From positions 1 through 18,979 of the forward strand of contig JBMFIG010000026.1 of NCBI GenBank assembly GCA_049976425.1: DNA of 18,979 nucleotides, given 5' to 3'. Made by a program: the position numbers and the translations under genes. The DNA is from Thermoproteus sp. (lineage in GTDB: Archaea > Thermoproteota > Thermoprotei > Thermoproteales > Thermoproteaceae). Below the pieces are notes generated by a model. That model was not told the origin of the DNA. It ran no database searches and saw nothing but the letters and a program-made list of their open reading frames with translations. Position 1 is the stretch's first letter. Every line of letters starts with the position of its first letter. Below are positions 16,369 to 18,979 of the stretch, piece after piece.

Positions 16369-17066
16369 GGCCCCCTCCTGATGATCTCGGCCACGGCGGC
16401 CTCGAGGCCCCTCTCCCGCGCGCCCGGCACCTCGGCCAGAGGGCCCCGCCAGACGATCCTGCCGCCCGACATGATCAACACATCGTCGGCAAGGCGCTCG
16501 GCCACCGAGAGTATGTGCGTCGAGACCAGGACCGTGGGCCTCAGAGATTCGAGGAGAGACACCACGGCCTCTTGGGAGGGCACGTCCAGGTAGTTGAGCG
16601 GCTCGTCGAGGAGGGCTACCTGCGGCTTGTGGACCAAGGCCATGGCCACGGCAAGCCTCTGCCTAATGCCTCTAGAGATCGAGGAGGCCTTGTAGCGTAG
16701 ATAGCGCTTAAGCTCCAGCGCCTCCACGAGCTCGTCCACCCAGCCCCAGTCCTCGACGCCCCTCAAGGCCGCCATGTACTCCAGATTCTCCCTCACGGTC
16801 AAGGCCAGATACGGCTCAGGATCCTCGGGGAGATAGCCCGAGATGCGCCTGGCATCCTCGGAGCCGGCCTCGAAGCCCCCCACCGACGCCCTCCCTCCGT
16901 CCGGCTTGAGGAGCCCCGCCAGGATCTTCAACGTGGTGGACTTACCAGCTCCGTTGGGGCCCAGAAGCGCCGCCGCCCCGCCGCAAGGCACCCCGAAAGT
17001 CACGCCGTCGAGGGCCCTCAGATCCCCGTAGCTCTTGACCAATCCAGACGCCGCGATGCAGTCCAC
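16365..17066 (-). CDS. ABC transporter ATP-binding protein (multidrug/ABC-2 type)
   Basis: Walker A GPNGAGKST, signature ISRGIRQR, Walker B ALLDEP, H-loop STH. Confidence 0.93.
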   Translation of the reverse strand: MDCIAASGLVKSYGDLRALDGVTFGVPCGGAAALLGPNGAGKSTTLKILAGLLKPDGGRASVGGFEAGSEDARRISGYLPEDPEPYLALTVRENLEYMAALRGVEDWGWVDELVEALELKRYLRYKASSISRGIRQRLAVAMALVHKPQVALLDEPLNYLDVPSQEAVVSLLESLRPTVLVSTHILSVAERLADDVLIMSGGRIVWRGPLAEVPGARERGLEAAVAEIIRRGP

Positions 17067-17232
17067 GGAGGTGCCAGGACATATCTATAAAACCGTTGCA
17101 ACGCGGAGGCGACCTCTAGGGCTACGGCGCGGCGCCCCTCCAGAGATCCTAGGCGCCCCGCCCGAGCGAGCTTATAGGCGTTGCCTTCAGCGCCGGCGTC
17201 GTGCCAGGATTGCTTGCGCGGAGATCGGAGAG

Positions 17233-17264
17233 AAAGCTTAAAAATATATTGAAATATATGTAAA
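17233..17264 (+). promoter_or_regulatory. BRE/TATA and upstream flank of tRNA-Arg, repeat of 13488-13519
   Basis: AAAGCTTAAAAA-N6-GAAATATATGTAAA. Confidence 0.75.
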
Positions 17265-17360
17265 GGGCCCGTAGCTCAGCATGGATAGAGCGGCGGAGGA
17301 CCAGATCCGCCGAGCCTTCTAAGCCGTAGGTCGCGGGTTCAAATCCCGCCGGGCCCGCCA
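17265..17360 (+). tRNA. tRNA-Arg(TCT) with an intron at 30/31 (17297-17314); CCA encoded
   Basis: Cloverleaf forms after removing AGGACCAGATCCGCCGAG. Anticodon arm GCGGC-CT-TCT-AA-GCCGT; A20 in the D-loop (Arg identity element); central helix CGGC/GCCG. Confidence 0.93.
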
Positions 17361-17483
17361 TCGCAACAACATGGCCTTCAAGCTCGATAAAAGTACGGCG
17401 TTGCCGATCGCCCGACGAATCAAAGAAACAGCGGCGCCGCCGTTAAACTCCTTTAAATTTAATACCTCCTCCCCTCTCCTGTC

Positions 17484-17951
17484 ATGTTGTTGAGAACTCA
17501 TGTGATCTTCGCGGCTGCGGCGGGCTTCTTGGCACTGCGGTACTTGCTGGCCGCCTCGCCCGCGGCGGCGCTGGCGGCGGCCGCGGCGATCTCTCTAGCC
17601 GTCAACCCCCTCGTGGATCTCCTCGGCCACGAACACGGCAGGCGCAGTCCCCGCACCCACGAGCCTCTACACGCAACCGTCTTGGGGGCGGCGACAGGAG
17701 GGATCTTGGGATTGGCGTTTGGATATGCTCTTCACGTGGCGCCTTGGGCCGCCGCGGTAGCGGGGGCCGTCGAGGCCCTCTCCCACCTCTTCCTAGACGC
17801 CTTCACGGAGCACGGGATATACGTGAGGCGCAACGGGAGGTACAAGAGGTTCGCGTTGGCGCACCTCAGATACAACGACCCGACGGCCAACAGGCTGACT
17901 GCGGCGTTCTCGATCCTCGCAATCATCGCCGTCTTCCTCCAATCTCCTTAA
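17484..17951 (+). CDS. Membrane-bound metal-dependent hydrolase (DUF1286/YdjM-like)
   Basis: MLLRTH...DLLGHE...RSPRTH...SHLFLDAFTEHGI motif set with TM helices. TTTAAATTT lies about 25-30 nt upstream. Confidence 0.8.
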   Translation: MLLRTHVIFAAAAGFLALRYLLAASPAAALAAAAAISLAVNPLVDLLGHEHGRRSPRTHEPLHATVLGAATGGILGLAFGYALHVAPWAAAVAGAVEALSHLFLDAFTEHGIYVRRNGRYKRFALAHLRYNDPTANRLTAAFSILAIIAVFLQSP

Positions 17952-18299
17952 TTCACGCATCAACTCAGGTGAAAAGCCGGCGATTTCCTGACCAAGGGAA
18001 TTCCACGGCGGGGCCGGTAGAAGGCCGCTTCGAAAAACGCGCCGGTTTCTCCTAAGAGGCGCTGTTGGGCAGAAAACGGGCTGTCCCCGAACACAAAACG
18101 GTTGTGACGTATCCGCCGCGGGAGACGTCCGGAGTCGAGAGGATGGCGATCCGAGCCGCGCGCCGAGGCGGTTCGGCAACCCTCAAGGGGCTGGAGCAGG
18201 CGCGATCCCAGCCGCCTCTTTCCCGTTTTTCGCCTCGCGGCGAGCGCCGCCGTGACTTACGGCCTAAAACCTTATAAAAAGCTGTTCTACAGCTGAACT

Positions 18300-18422
18300 G
18301 CGGCGGTAGTCTAGCCTGGTTTAGGATGGCGGCCTTCCACGCCCAGCGCGAGGAAAGCCGTTGATCCCGTCAGGCCCCCGCAAGGGGGCTGGGATAGGGT
18401 TCGAATCCCGGCCGCCGCACCA
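18300..18422 (+). tRNA. tRNA-Gly(TCC) with introns at 37/38 (18340-18355) and 51/52 (18370-18397); CCA encoded
   Basis: GCGGCGG/CCGCCGC acceptor stem and GCGGC-CT-TCC-AA-GCCGT anticodon arm after splicing. Central helices are CTTC/GAGG and ATCC/GGAT. CTTATAAAAA TATA at 18271. Confidence 0.92.
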
Positions 18423-18504
18423 AGTTTCACGATGGGGATCTACAGACCCTCTATGTCGAAAACAGACGGTATGGAGGTCTTACTGTTGGTTCCGTGAAGA
18501 AAAG

Positions 18505-18595
18505 TGGGGCCGCCGCCGGGATTTGAACCCGGGTCAATGGGGCCACAGCCCACCGTCAGGGGGCTTCCCTATCCTAGCCGCTAGACTACGGCGGC
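18505..18595 (-). tRNA. tRNA-His(GTG) with an intron at 25/26 (18570..18555); C73 and CCA encoded
   Basis: Reverse complement reads GCCGCCG TA GTCT AGCGGCTA GGAT [AGGGAAGCCCCCTGAC] G GTGGG CT GTG GC CCCAT TGAC CCGGG TTCAAAT CCCGG CGGCGGC C CCA. BHB helix TAGG/CCTG. Confidence 0.92.
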
Positions 18596-18678
18596 TTGGA
18601 CCCTACGACATCACTACTATAAATTTTTTCATTGCGGCTAACTAGACAGATTCCTGCCGGATCCGATCTCGACGCGTA

Positions 18679-18979
18679 TTACTGCGGCTTAGCCAGAATA
18701 ATCTCGACTTCCGTCGCGCCCTTCACATCACAAACACACCTCTTCAGTCTCGGGTATCTCTCTATCGCGTTGCAACGGCATTTAAGCGAGTCTACCAGCT
18801 TACTGTCGGCGGTAAATAACGGCAATCTATGGAATATTGAATACGACAGTATTATTGCATCTTGTGTTTTTATCTTATTGTTATTTTGATATATTATATT
18901 CGATAATGAAAGAATATCATCTGTAAGTTCTAGTACGGGATAGTTCTTGGCGAGGTTCACTATTCCGTTTATGTATTCC
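18679..18979 (-). CDS. PIN-domain (VapC-like) protein, 3' part only
   Basis: Frame is open to the window edge: EYINGIVNLAKNYPVLELTDDIL...KTQDAIILSYSIFHRLPLFTADSKL carries the PIN C-terminal D..DA...T.D pattern. Markedly AT-rich. Confidence 0.72.
   Translation of the reverse strand, partial: EYINGIVNLAKNYPVLELTDDILSLSNIIYQNNNKIKTQDAIILSYSIFHRLPLFTADSKLVDSLKCRCNAIERYPRLKRCVCDVKGATEVEIILAKPQ

Noticed and set aside
13522-17360. Integrated element bounded by tRNA-derived attL/attR repeats
   Set aside because: Both tRNAs are complete with different anticodons, no integrase is present, and the interval contains housekeeping trm112.
17952-18270. Possible RNase P or SRP RNA in the 320-bp GC-rich gap
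   Set aside because: No convincing GAGGAAAnUCC P4 strand or SRP helix-8 motif could be built by eye. An Infernal/Rfam scan would be decisive.
1-18979. CRISPR array, IS transposase or C/D-box sRNA
   Set aside because: No regularly spaced repeats, transposase motifs or intergenic TGATGA...CTGA pairs were seen.

Overview
GC-rich crenarchaeal chromosomal DNA, most consistent with Thermoproteaceae (Thermoproteus-like). The evidence is a PaRep2b gene, TATA boxes about 25 nt upstream of leaderless starts, and four tRNA genes carrying six short bulge-helix-bulge (BHB) introns, five of them at non-canonical positions. Bases 1-7.3 kb are accessory: a two-gene hypothetical operon with a probable frameshift, a 733-aa secreted protein followed by a small membrane protein, PaRep2b and a decayed ORF. 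The middle holds mscS, an OFA-type MFS transporter, an orphan VWA protein, a start-less C-terminal remnant of a qNor-type NO reductase (missing from the ORF track), a Cys/His-containing HTH regulator and a stand-alone A/V-ATPase subunit I. The right part holds an aspartyl-protease pseudogene, tRNA-Lys(CTT), a decayed HEPN-MNT pair, Trm112, an ABC transporter pair, tRNA-Arg(TCT), a DUF1286-like hydrolase, convergent tRNA-Gly(TCC) and tRNA-His(GTG), and a partial AT-rich PIN gene. The most notable signal is that tRNA-Lys and tRNA-Arg share a near-identical upstream flank as well as a homologous 30/31 intron, which suggests DNA-level duplication or conversion between tRNAs of different identity. 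All family calls are from motif recognition by eye; no searches were run.
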